A DNA stretch of 64,000 bases from a virus. Shown here one piece after another: positions 18,489-27,195 of this stretch. The stretch spans positions 123,356 through 187,355 of IMG/VR virus record IMGVR_UViG_3300030099_006944. One strand, written 5' to 3'. The notes below the pieces were generated by a model. It was not told where the DNA came from, did not search any database, and worked only from the letters and a program-made list of their open reading frames with translations. How positions within the stretch are numbered: position 1 is the first letter of the stretch; every line of letters begins with the position of its first letter. The translations under genes were made by a program, and so were the position numbers.

Positions 18489-20342
18489 ATGGAACTAGAA
18501 AAAAAAATCTTGTCGGACATAACTGTGCATATGAAATATGCTCGGTACTTGGAAGACGAAAACCGTAGAGAAAACTGGAACGAATTAGTAACGAGGAACA
18601 TGAATATGCACCTCAAAAAATTCCCTAGTTTAGAAAGAGAAATAAAAAATGCTTATCAATATGTTTTTGATAAGAAAGTGCTACCTTCAATGAGAAGCAT
18701 GCAATTTGGAGGAAAACCTATCGAGGTCTCCCCAAATCGTATATTCAATTGTGCTTTCGCTCCTGTCGATAATTATCATGTTTTTTCTGAAATCATGTTT
18801 CTCCTCCTAGGAGGCACAGGCGTAGGGTTTTCAGTACAAAAACATCACGTCAATAAACTACCAGAGATCAGAAGACCTTCAAATAGAAGCCGTAGGTTTT
18901 TAGTTGGAGATTCAATTGAAGGTTGGGCAGATTCTGTAAAAGCATTAATCCAATCCTACTTCAAAGGCACTTCAAAGTTGCGTTTTGATTTTAGCGACAT
19001 CCGTCCAAAGGGCGCAAGACTAGTTACATCAGGTGGAAAAGCTCCCGGACCACAACCACTCAAAGAGTGTTTAGTAAAAATAGAAGGAATATTAGATGAA
19101 AAAGACGACGGAGAACAACTTACACCCATTGAAGTTCATGATATCATCTGCTATATTGCGGATGCAGTTCTTGCGGGAGGTATTCGTAGGGCTGCCCTTA
19201 TATCTTTATTCTCTGCTGACGACGAAGAAATGCTGTCAGCAAAAACTGGAAACTGGTGGGAACTCAATCCACAACGTGGCCGTGCTAACAATTCTGCTGT
19301 CCTTATGCGGCATCGTATTGACCGTAGCACTTTTATGTCTATATGGGATCGAGTACGTGAATCAGGTAGTGGAGAGCCGGGATTCTATTTCTCCAACGAC
19401 AAAGATTGGGGAACAAATCCCTGTTGTGAAATAGGTTTAAGACCATATCAGTTTTGTAATTTAACAGAAGTAAATGTCAGTGACGTTTCAACCCAAGAAC
19501 AACTAGAAGAAAGAGTTCGCGCTGCGACCTTCATAGGTACCCTTCAAGCGTCTTACACGGACTTCCACTACCTAAGACCTATCTGGAAGCGAAACACGGA
19601 AAAGGATGCCCTTATCGGCGTTTCTATGACCGGTATTGCATCCGGCGGTGTTCTCAAACTGGATATGCAAGAGGCCTCCTTGATTGTCAAAAGAGAAAAC
19701 AGAAGAATAGCCTTTCAGATTGGGATAAAACCAGCAGCCAGAACCACATGTGTTAAGCCGGCTGGTACAACATCGCTAACCCTAGGTACATCCAGTGGTA
19801 TTCATGCATGGCACAACGACTATTATATACGTAGAATTCGTGTGGGAAAAAACGAATCAATATATTCATACTTGGTTAATAACATTCCAGAATTAGTGGA
19901 AGATGATAAGTTCCGCCCTCATGATACAGCAATCATCATGATACCTCAGAAAGCACCACAAGGCTCCATAACGCGTCATGAAAGCGCTTTGGATTTATTA
20001 AGAAGGGTAAAGACCATAAGTGATACTTGGATCCAAGGAGGGCACCAAAATGGACACAATACTCATAATGTTTCGGCCACTGTTACTATAAAACCTGACG
20101 AATGGAAATGTGTTGGAGAGTGGATGTGGTTGAATCGTAAATGCTATAACGGATTATCTGTCTTACCTCACTCAGATCACACTTATGTACAGGCGCCTTT
20201 CGAGGATTGCACCCGAGAAGAGTACGAAAATTTACTTCCAAAGCTAAAAAGTATTAACTTGGATCTAATTATAGAAGAGCAGGACGAAACAAATTTATCC
20301 GGTGAACTAGCATGTGCCGGTGGATCTTGCGAACTATTTTAG
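18489..20342 (+). CDS. nrdJ: Class II (B12-dependent) ribonucleotide reductase
   Basis: PSMRSMQFGG, FNCA, TNPCCEI, VKPAGTTS, C-terminal ACAGGSCE. Confidence 0.9.
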   Translation: MELEKKILSDITVHMKYARYLEDENRRENWNELVTRNMNMHLKKFPSLEREIKNAYQYVFDKKVLPSMRSMQFGGKPIEVSPNRIFNCAFAPVDNYHVFSEIMFLLLGGTGVGFSVQKHHVNKLPEIRRPSNRSRRFLVGDSIEGWADSVKALIQSYFKGTSKLRFDFSDIRPKGARLVTSGGKAPGPQPLKECLVKIEGILDEKDDGEQLTPIEVHDIICYIADAVLAGGIRRAALISLFSADDEEMLSAKTGNWWELNPQRGRANNSAVLMRHRIDRSTFMSIWDRVRESGSGEPGFYFSNDKDWGTNPCCEIGLRPYQFCNLTEVNVSDVSTQEQLEERVRAATFIGTLQASYTDFHYLRPIWKRNTEKDALIGVSMTGIASGGVLKLDMQEASLIVKRENRRIAFQIGIKPAARTTCVKPAGTTSLTLGTSSGIHAWHNDYYIRRIRVGKNESIYSYLVNNIPELVEDDKFRPHDTAIIMIPQKAPQGSITRHESALDLLRRVKTISDTWIQGGHQNGHNTHNVSATVTIKPDEWKCVGEWMWLNRKCYNGLSVLPHSDHTYVQAPFEDCTREEYENLLPKLKSINLDLIIEEQDETNLSGELACAGGSCELF

Positions 20343-20351
20343 GAGAATAAA

Positions 20352-20540
20352 ATGAGAGAACGTTTGGAAATAATTATAGAAGAACTCCGTGCTGCAATGG
20401 CCGATGTTGATAAAGTCGAATCTGGAACCTATGGGTACAAAGCGGCTGCACCTAGGGCTCGCAAAGCAGCTCTTACGGCTATTAAAGAACTTAAAGAGTT
20501 GAGAGTTGAAATCCAAGAAAAAAAGAATTCTCACAATTAA
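20352..20540 (+). CDS. Histone H1-like (Hc1-type) small basic protein
   Basis: G.KAAAPRARKAALTAIKELKELR resembles GNKAAxxRxR motif of Hc1 family. Confidence 0.6.
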   Translation: MRERLEIIIEELRAAMADVDKVESGTYGYKAAAPRARKAALTAIKELKELRVEIQEKKNSHN

Positions 20541-20543
20541 TAC

Positions 20544-20572
20544 TTGACAAACGCCTTTTAATGTGTTATATT
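20544..20572 (+). promoter_or_regulatory. Sigma70-type promoter
   Basis: TTGACA-17-TATATT. Confidence 0.8.
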
Positions 20573-20618
20573 ATTTAATATGTTAAAAGGCGTTTGCTAT
20601 ATTTACAGCGGAGGTAAT

Positions 20619-20894
20619 ATGTATTTAGAGCCACATAATCGTCACCTTTTGGTGCACCCCTTAGATGATAAGGAAGAGAAAAAAGGCTTTGTCCTTCCGG
20701 AGGGTTACAAGACTCCCCAAACACCACATGTTATATGTGACGTTCTAGGAAAAGCAGAAGATTGCAAGGTAACAGTGAACATAGGAGATCGAATTGTAGT
20801 AGAAAGAACTATGTTGCACGAGATAAAAGCAATGGGAGAAACTAATTATCTAGTGCTAGAAAATTATGTTTATGGGAGACTACAAGATGAATAA
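20619..20894 (+). CDS. groES: GroES/Cpn10-like co-chaperonin
   Basis: LEPHNRHLLV, GFVLP mobile loop, VNIGDRIV, LVLENYVYG; 91 aa; GGAGG SD. Confidence 0.7.
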   Translation: MYLEPHNRHLLVHPLDDKEEKKGFVLPEGYKTPQTPHVICDVLGKAEDCKVTVNIGDRIVVERTMLHEIKAMGETNYLVLENYVYGRLQDE

Positions 20895-21714
20895 GAAACA
20901 ACTAAAAGAAATGATCAAACAGGTTATACTTGAAAACAGAAAGAAATCTGTTCTCTTGGAGACCCCTCAATTACATGAAGCAACTTTTGCAAAAGCAGCA
21001 GATTATATAGACAACAAGAAACTACCATTCTTTATTGTGTCTGCTTTTCGTGGAGAACGCGGAACAAAATACAGTAGAAAAAACATATCAGCCGCTGGTG
21101 ATGTTAAAGATTTCTTAAAATCTAAGGGATTGTCATATACCATAGTGGATGGTGGCTATACTGAGAAAAAGAGAGACAAAATAACGAAAGAACCACTTAA
21201 AAACCCTGAAACAGGTGATCCGGTTTACAGTGTTGAGGAAGAAGAGAGTTATTTGGTGTTTGGGGATGTACCTCATTACGGAGACACATCAGCAGCAGTT
21301 ACCGATGTACAAGAACTTTTTGAGATTGCCAAAGAAGCCTGTCTTATTGATCCTGAGAATCCCCAAGAAACTTTCAGTTTCGGATATCCAGTCGATATAA
21401 TAGAACCGGGTTCAAAAGAACCTGTTCGCGAAATGCGCATAGCTTTATATGAAAACGATGCTCCGAGTTATGCACGGGAACATATGTTTACCGAATGGGG
21501 TGGTCCTTGGAATTCTTTCGCAAAGATGATGAGTGATGTTGGAGCTTACACTAAGATCAGAGGCACAAAAGGTGCTTTCGCTGAAGAAAAACTTGAAGAA
21601 GCTAGGAACATGAAAGTCAACAGTGTCATGGATGGATACAAAAAACAACATTATGTTGATTACTGGACAAAAATGAAGGCCCGATGGGATCACGAAAACA
21701 AAAAGAGGTCTTAA
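20887..21714 (+). CDS. Hypothetical, possible virion-packaged protein
   Basis: 275 aa from ATG 20887; N-terminal KQLKEMIKQVILE motif. Confidence 0.55.
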   Translation: MNKKQLKEMIKQVILENRKKSVLLETPQLHEATFAKAADYIDNKKLPFFIVSAFRGERGTKYSRKNISAAGDVKDFLKSKGLSYTIVDGGYTEKKRDKITKEPLKNPETGDPVYSVEEEESYLVFGDVPHYGDTSAAVTDVQELFEIAKEACLIDPENPQETFSFGYPVDIIEPGSKEPVREMRIALYENDAPSYAREHMFTEWGGPWNSFAKMMSDVGAYTKIRGTKGAFAEEKLEEARNMKVNSVMDGYKKQHYVDYWTKMKARWDHENKKRS

Positions 21715-22428
21715 ATGTCGTACGAGAATTCAATTAATCTATACGGAGATGGTATAGGTAAAGTTCAATATATTGACCATATGGGCACTGATCTCACAAT
21801 CGTGAACAGTGCTCGTGTTTCATTTGGAGTAGAAAAGGAGGAACTAGATGATAGAGATAAGAAGCTTGTTAATTACCTTGTTAAACACAGACACACGAGT
21901 ACGTTCGAGCACAATGTGGTTACCTTTAAGTTTGTCGTTCCTCTTTTTGTGCGCTCTCAACATATGCGACACAGGACTTGGAGTTACAACGAGATTTCCA
22001 GAAGATATACAGATAAAGATCTTGCTTTTTATTGCCCAATGTCATTCCGTACTCAGCATAAGTCCAACAGGCAGTCTTCTAACAAGGATAGAATAGACCC
22101 AATACTATTTCCGGACTTATCTGATCCTAAATTTGGATTGACTTGTTCGGACTACCTCAGGCAACACACAAAAAGATCAGTGGAATTATTTAATCATTTG
22201 ATGACTGCGGGAGTGTGCAGAGAACAAGCACGAATGGTGTTGCCACAAAATATGTATACAGAATATTATGGTACCTGTAACTTAAACAACCTATTGAAGT
22301 TCATAGACCTCAGAACCCATGAGGGTGCTCAACAAGAGATACAGAACGTGGCGAAAGCATGCTTGATGATAGCATCAGATCTTTGGCCGGAAGCTGTTGG
22401 GGCGTATAGGAACCTAAGATGTGTTTAA
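21715..22428 (+). CDS. thyX: FAD-dependent thymidylate synthase
   Basis: NSARVS, HTSTFEH, RHRTWSYNEISRRY, EQARMVLP, LRTHEGAQ. Confidence 0.95.
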   Translation: MSYENSINLYGDGIGKVQYIDHMGTDLTIVNSARVSFGVEKEELDDRDKKLVNYLVKHRHTSTFEHNVVTFKFVVPLFVRSQHMRHRTWSYNEISRRYTDKDLAFYCPMSFRTQHKSNRQSSNKDRIDPILFPDLSDPKFGLTCSDYLRQHTKRSVELFNHLMTAGVCREQARMVLPQNMYTEYYGTCNLNNLLKFIDLRTHEGAQQEIQNVAKACLMIASDLWPEAVGAYRNLRCV

Positions 22429-22666
22429 GAAAGGGGACCTGTTCAAGTTCAACCAGTGCGGAACAGATTTGTTCTGTCATATATCGGGTTCCGTAGCCCT
22501 GATTGTTACTGATCCCGTGAAGATGTATGAATATGATTTTCATGAAATACCTGAGAAAAGAGAATATTATGTATACGATATAATAGTTTGTGGGCAACTA
22601 TTTATGGAGATCCCGGAAGAGTTTTTAAAAAGGATAGCGTTAAATGATGAAGAAGATACTAAATGA
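22421..22666 (+). CDS. Small SH3-like protein
   Basis: KKGDLF...ALIV pattern. Confidence 0.5.
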   Translation: MFKKGDLFKFNQCGTDLFCHISGSVALIVTDPVKMYEYDFHEIPEKREYYVYDIIVCGQLFMEIPEEFLKRIALNDEEDTK

Positions 22667-23165
22667 ATGGAAAAAATATTTGAAAGAAGGAACAGAATTT
22701 AATTACGAAGCCTTCATTAAAGAGTTTAATGAAATAATTGGTAATTCCGTTTCTTATGATTCGTCCTTTTTCCGACTAGTACAAAAGAAGTACAATCCGT
22801 CTTCTCTAGAATCACTATCAGGACTGAAGCCTAGGAAAAAAAATAAAATCATCGGCCAACTTAATGCTGGCATGACTTACACTTGGCTGGAATATGTTGG
22901 TATACAAGGGGTGAAATTTGTAATTGAATACAAAGTCTCCAAATATCTGAGTGAAGCGAAACCTGAAAATGTTGAATACCTGAAAAATAATTTTGAACAA
23001 TTTTTCGAGATTTTGGCCCAATCATCTGCAACAAGACCAGATATAGAGTTTAACACTAGACATGTGGCTCTTGCTGGCCAATTAGGAGATTGGTGGATAG
23101 CCAATGATGGCTTGGAAATGTTTAAAGATGTGTTCGCAGCAAAACTAAACATATCAGAGGTGTAA
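22644..23165 (+). CDS. Hypothetical, possible virion-packaged protein
   Basis: N-terminal MKKILNEWKKYLKE motif. Confidence 0.55.
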   Translation: MMKKILNEWKKYLKEGTEFNYEAFIKEFNEIIGNSVSYDSSFFRLVQKKYNPSSLESLSGLKPRKKNKIIGQLNAGMTYTWLEYVGIQGVKFVIEYKVSKYLSEAKPENVEYLKNNFEQFFEILAQSSATRPDIEFNTRHVALAGQLGDWWIANDGLEMFKDVFAAKLNISEV

Positions 23166-23963
23166 GTGCAGGAAATAAATTTATATTATAATAATTTAAA
23201 CATCGGAAGAACTCTAACTTGCCTTCTGCATTCTTTTAAAACAGAGACTCCTTGTATATTAACGCGGCCAACCCCACCATTTAAGTTTGACGAACATATA
23301 TCACAATACGATTTTACTTTTCTAGGTATTGAGGGGTCAAACCCACAGCAGGCTTGGGACAGGTTGTGTTTTTTGTTAAGCATGTCTGGACTCTTGTTGT
23401 TCCCAAATAATATTTCTAATGCACGAATGAACGAGAACATAGTTGATATTGTGACCAACAACAACCAGAGAATAAAAATTGAATGTGAAAATATTAATGT
23501 ATTTGATAATGACGAAACCGGCTGGTATTATGTATATGATTATTTTGATTGGAAATCAGGGTCCCTACATGATCTTGAATTGATCAATGATAATGACGAT
23601 AATTTTATAAAAAAAATTATTTTCTACTCCTCTGAGAGAGAACGTGTTAACAATAATGTCAAAGATTTAGTCGGTGTTTCATATTTAAGGGAGGACGAAC
23701 TTGAAAATCTTGAATCGTCATCTGTCTATTCTAGGCTTAAAGTTTTAAGAATGATGAAGGAAGCCGGAATAAAAGGTAGAATAACTGGCTATAACAAAAA
23801 GGGCATTGGCTCCTATACCGCTCCTGTTATTGAATTTAACAGAAGAATTGTAAAGCCGGATTTCAAGCCAACGATATCACTGAAAGAAGTATATGATATG
23901 CCAACAGAACAAGGGTACACATGGAAGTTACTAGAGAAGATAATACAAAGTACTTCCATTTAG
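23166..23963 (+). CDS. Hypothetical protein, possible degenerate Rossmann N-terminus
   Basis: 265 aa; NLNIGRTLTCLLHSF strand-helix start. Confidence 0.45.
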   Translation: MQEINLYYNNLNIGRTLTCLLHSFKTETPCILTRPTPPFKFDEHISQYDFTFLGIEGSNPQQAWDRLCFLLSMSGLLLFPNNISNARMNENIVDIVTNNNQRIKIECENINVFDNDETGWYYVYDYFDWKSGSLHDLELINDNDDNFIKKIIFYSSERERVNNNVKDLVGVSYLREDELENLESSSVYSRLKVLRMMKEAGIKGRITGYNKKGIGSYTAPVIEFNRRIVKPDFKPTISLKEVYDMPTEQGYTWKLLEKIIQSTSI

Positions 23964-24838
23964 CTGGCATCGTTCCAGTTGCGGGACAATCTCTGGACTT
24001 TGATCAACCTTGGCCTGACTGCATGATGCCAATTGCTCCTGATTTTAGTTTGTTGGAAGCCGCTGTTGCTGAGTGTGCTTGGGCCGGCTGTGATACAATT
24101 TGGATAATTTGCAACGATAATATAGCAGCTCTAATAAAAAAGAAAATTGGAGATTTCGTCGGTGATCCCGTGTGGGCTTATCGTAAATTCGATAAGTATC
24201 CCAACGAAAGTAAGCGTCAAATACCTGTTTATTATGTTCCGGTGCATCCAAAAGACAGAGACAAGAGGGATTGCCTAGCTTGGAGTGTCTTGCATGGGTC
24301 TTTAACAGCATTCAAAGTATCAGACGAGTTGTCTAAGTGGGTTATACCAAACAAATATTATGTTAGCTTCCCTTATGGTTATTTTCCAGCCTATCAACTT
24401 CGAGAATATAGAAAAATTATTTCGTCCTCAAAGAACGTGTATATAACATCTGACGACAAGTCAATGAAAGATAATTATTATTGCTCTTTTTCTTTTGGAA
24501 AGGACGAATTTATAGAATTTAGAAGGATAATCAGATCTGGTACAGGCCGTTGGAGACCCGGAGTTGACTATAAAGAGTATGACGCTTTACCAATTGAAGA
24601 AAGATGGTCAGCTAGGTTTTTTGAATTAGAACAAGTGTTTGAGCCATTTGACACCGATCGAGCACAAAAAATACCAGTTGAAAATTTTTATAATATTGGC
24701 TCTTGGAAACAGTATAAACTCTTTATGTCCGAGAATCTCGATAATGAAATAAAAAGGCCATCAAAAACAATTTTGTTAAATCAAGCTTACAAACCGATTG
24801 GGAAAAACTACTTAGAGGGTGATGCGGAAGAAACTTAA
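23921..24838 (+). CDS. Nucleotidyltransferase-like (GT-A fold) protein
   Basis: AGIVPVAG...PDCMMPI...AGCDTIWII resembles sugar-nucleotidyltransferase N-terminus, divergent. Confidence 0.6.
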   Translation: MEVTREDNTKYFHLAGIVPVAGQSLDFDQPWPDCMMPIAPDFSLLEAAVAECAWAGCDTIWIICNDNIAALIKKKIGDFVGDPVWAYRKFDKYPNESKRQIPVYYVPVHPKDRDKRDCLAWSVLHGSLTAFKVSDELSKWVIPNKYYVSFPYGYFPAYQLREYRKIISSSKNVYITSDDKSMKDNYYCSFSFGKDEFIEFRRIIRSGTGRWRPGVDYKEYDALPIEERWSARFFELEQVFEPFDTDRAQKIPVENFYNIGSWKQYKLFMSENLDNEIKRPSKTILLNQAYKPIGKNYLEGDAEET

Positions 24839-25427
24839 ATTTAAAAAATTATTAAATCATTATCGATCTCTCCAATATGAAGAAGAATACGTCAAAGAGG
24901 TTCTAAAAGAAGCTCATATTGAATTTGACGAATATTATAGGGAATTTTGTAGAATATATCTTGTCAACATAGAGAGGTTGGAAAAAAAGAAAAATGATAG
25001 ACTCAAAGCAGCCTACGAACAGAGTGAAAAACCATCCATGAAAGGCGTTGACGAAAAATTGAGAGCAAAAGATTATGATCATAAAAATGTTTTCAAGCAA
25101 ATAGCCAGAAAACTCCATCCAGACAAATTAAGTGAGGACGATCCGAGACTTAAGGAATTTGAAGATGATTTCAAAACTGCTGCCGCCGGCATCAATGACG
25201 GAAACTGGGGTGACTTGTTTAATATTGCAGAGAAACACGATATTGACATCAAGGATTATGACACAGTTAATGAATCAATTAAGGATTCAATCAAAGTTCT
25301 AGTTAAAAAAATAACAGAATTAAAAAATCAATATTCTTACATGTTTTACGAGTGTGAAGATGACAAGAACTGTAAAGATAATATAATAAAAAACTTTTTA
25401 AGACAAGTATTTGGACATAATTTATAA
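24819..25427 (+). CDS. J-domain (DnaJ-like) protein
   Basis: FKQIARKLHPDK with HPD motif. Confidence 0.7.
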   Translation: MMRKKLKFKKLLNHYRSLQYEEEYVKEVLKEAHIEFDEYYREFCRIYLVNIERLEKKKNDRLKAAYEQSEKPSMKGVDEKLRAKDYDHKNVFKQIARKLHPDKLSEDDPRLKEFEDDFKTAAAGINDGNWGDLFNIAEKHDIDIKDYDTVNESIKDSIKVLVKKITELKNQYSYMFYECEDDKNCKDNIIKNFLRQVFGHNL

Positions 25428-25434
25428 TTTATAC

Positions 25435-25463
25435 TTGACAAATGATACTAATTAGGTTATCTT
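25435..25463 (+). promoter_or_regulatory. Sigma70-type promoter
   Basis: TTGACA-17-TATCTT; spacer contains ACTAATTA. Confidence 0.65.
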
Positions 25464-25483
25464 ATATATGTGAGGATAAAAAT

Positions 25484-26434
25484 ATGAAAGAAGTTATGAA
25501 TCATTGGCGAGGCTTTATCAACCCAGATTTGAGCCCAATTATAAAAAAGAGACTGGAAGAGGCTCTCACCCGACGTCAGTTTTTAGCCGGCACTGCTGCT
25601 GTTGCTTTACTTTATGCGATCATGAATAGTGATTATTTTAAGGCATTAACTGATCAACAGCAAGATGAATTAATTCAGGCTTCACCAGAGGAGTTAGCCT
25701 CATTGGGCCTTGAAGACCCTGCTTATATTAAAGCTGTTCGTGAATACGAGAGGGAAGAGACTGAATCCCCACGTGATAAGTATGAAGGTCTAAGTTCACG
25801 GGAAATTAAAGATCTGCAATTCTCTACGATTGGAAAGCTAATGATAGCACCAACAAAACTACCAGATGATAGAGAATGGCGCCTAGCACCCACATCACAA
25901 AGCCAAGTCAGTGGTTATTATGCTTATGCAACAGAGTTGGATTTGGATCTTATAGCAGAAACAAACCCAGAGATAACAAAAGCCATGGATCTCGCATACG
26001 ATTTTTATAAGGGGTTTGGTCTAACTAGATTGATGAAGTATGTATATGGACAACCGGAGTTTTTTAGCTATACTACAATGGAAAAAGCGAACGAAGGTCA
26101 GTTGTTTGACACCATTGAAACCGAGGCTACACAAACCAACTACTTGACCGGCAAGACAGAAAACATAAAAGTTAGGAAACTTCCATTAGCTTGGACAGTA
26201 GCTAATCGAGTGCTTATAGACCAAGTTTCTTTTTTAGAATCGGAACTGCAAGAAGCAAAGACAGATGAAGAGATCGATGCTGTTCTAGAAAGGTATGGCG
26301 TAGGTACAGAATATGGTAGTGGTTATTCAAAAACATCGAAATATGATGTGGTTAAAAAATTAAAAAGAATTGCCGGCAATTCTTTGAGTAGAATTGAAGA
26401 TGACAGCAGGGTTGTTGGAAAACATAGTAATTAA
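25484..26434 (+). CDS. Hypothetical protein with internal twin-arginine-like motif
   Basis: 316 aa; TRRQFLAGTAAVALL at about residues 27-41. Confidence 0.6.
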   Translation: MKEVMNHWRGFINPDLSPIIKKRLEEALTRRQFLAGTAAVALLYAIMNSDYFKALTDQQQDELIQASPEELASLGLEDPAYIKAVREYEREETESPRDKYEGLSSREIKDLQFSTIGKLMIAPTKLPDDREWRLAPTSQSQVSGYYAYATELDLDLIAETNPEITKAMDLAYDFYKGFGLTRLMKYVYGQPEFFSYTTMEKANEGQLFDTIETEATQTNYLTGKTENIKVRKLPLAWTVANRVLIDQVSFLESELQEAKTDEEIDAVLERYGVGTEYGSGYSKTSKYDVVKKLKRIAGNSLSRIEDDSRVVGKHSN

Positions 26435-26445
26435 TTGGAGGAAAA

Positions 26446-26625
26446 ATGTTAAGAATTGTGAACGTTATTTTATTTATATCAGTGGTCTTGGGTATATATC
26501 TCACCACAGAGGTTGATGATAAATCAGAAAAACAAGAAGTGGTTGAAATCTATCCGGGTGATACCGCTGATGAGTATGAAAAAATAAAGGAGATTTTAGG
26601 GTCCGAAAAGGCTTCGACGGAGTAG
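26446..26625 (+). CDS. 59-aa single-TM protein overlapping tmRNA 5' end
   Basis: Hand-translated MLRIVNVILFISVVLGIYLTT...GSEKASTE*; GGAGG SD 26437-26441. Confidence 0.65.
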   Translation: MLRIVNVILFISVVLGIYLTTEVDDKSEKQEVVEIYPGDTADEYEKIKEILGSEKASTE

Positions 26626-26930
26626 AATCAAGGGGAGAGTGCATGCAGGGAAGATACGCCCTTAACAGTTCAAGTTTTATAAACGCAAACAATAATTTGT
26701 ATTTCGAAGAAGCCCTAGCGGCTTAATCGGGTGGCTGCTCCGAGCCATCTATCCAAGAGGAGCAAAACAACAGGACAGTTGTAAAAATCAAAACAACTCA
26801 ACGCAACAGGACGGTAAGCGTTGTTTTATGACCGTCTATCTTTCTGGTTGGAGAAATAATCAGATAAGCATGTGAACGACTCAAACTAAGACTATTGCGG
26901 ACGCGGGTTCAACTCCCGCCGGATCCACCA
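26599..26930 (+). ncRNA. ssrA: tmRNA
   Basis: Acceptor GGGTCCG/CGGATCC-ACCA with G3.U70, 5' TTCGAC motif, T-arm GCGGGTTCAACTCCCGC, tag frame 26685-26726 ANNNLYFEEALAA*. Confidence 0.95.
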
Positions 26931-26936
26931 AACATT

Positions 26937-27008
26937 GCGGGTGTGGCTCAGTGGTAGAGCATCGCGTTGCCAACGCGAGGGTCGTGGGTTCGAATCCCAT
27001 CACCCGCT
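26937..27008 (+). tRNA. tRNA-Gly(GCC), CCA not encoded
   Basis: GCGGGTG/CACCCGC acceptor, TCGCG-TTGCCAA-CGCGA anticodon arm, GGTTCGAATCC T-arm, U73. Confidence 0.95.
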
Positions 27009-27030
27009 TATTTTTAACTTGGAGGAAAAA

Positions 27031-27195
27031 ATGAAATATTTAAACAGTAAATGGTTTACATTCTTTTGTGTATGCCTTAATTTTTATTTTGCCGTGCAAT
27101 CCTTTTTCTTAGGAAATTGGCTTGTGTTTGGCATATGCAGCTTGTTTGCAGCAATCTGTGGTTATAGTTTTTGGTACCAAATGGAGGAAAAATGA
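27031..27195 (+). CDS. 54-aa two-TM membrane protein
   Basis: MKYLNSKWFTFF...; GGAGG SD; true start downstream of tRNA. Confidence 0.7.
   Translation: MKYLNSKWFTFFCVCLNFYFAVQSFFLGNWLVFGICSLFAAICGYSFWYQMEEK

Noticed and set aside
26935-27030. 5' part of track ORF 26935-27195
   Set aside because: Overlaps tRNA-Gly; the real start is ATG 27031 with GGAGG
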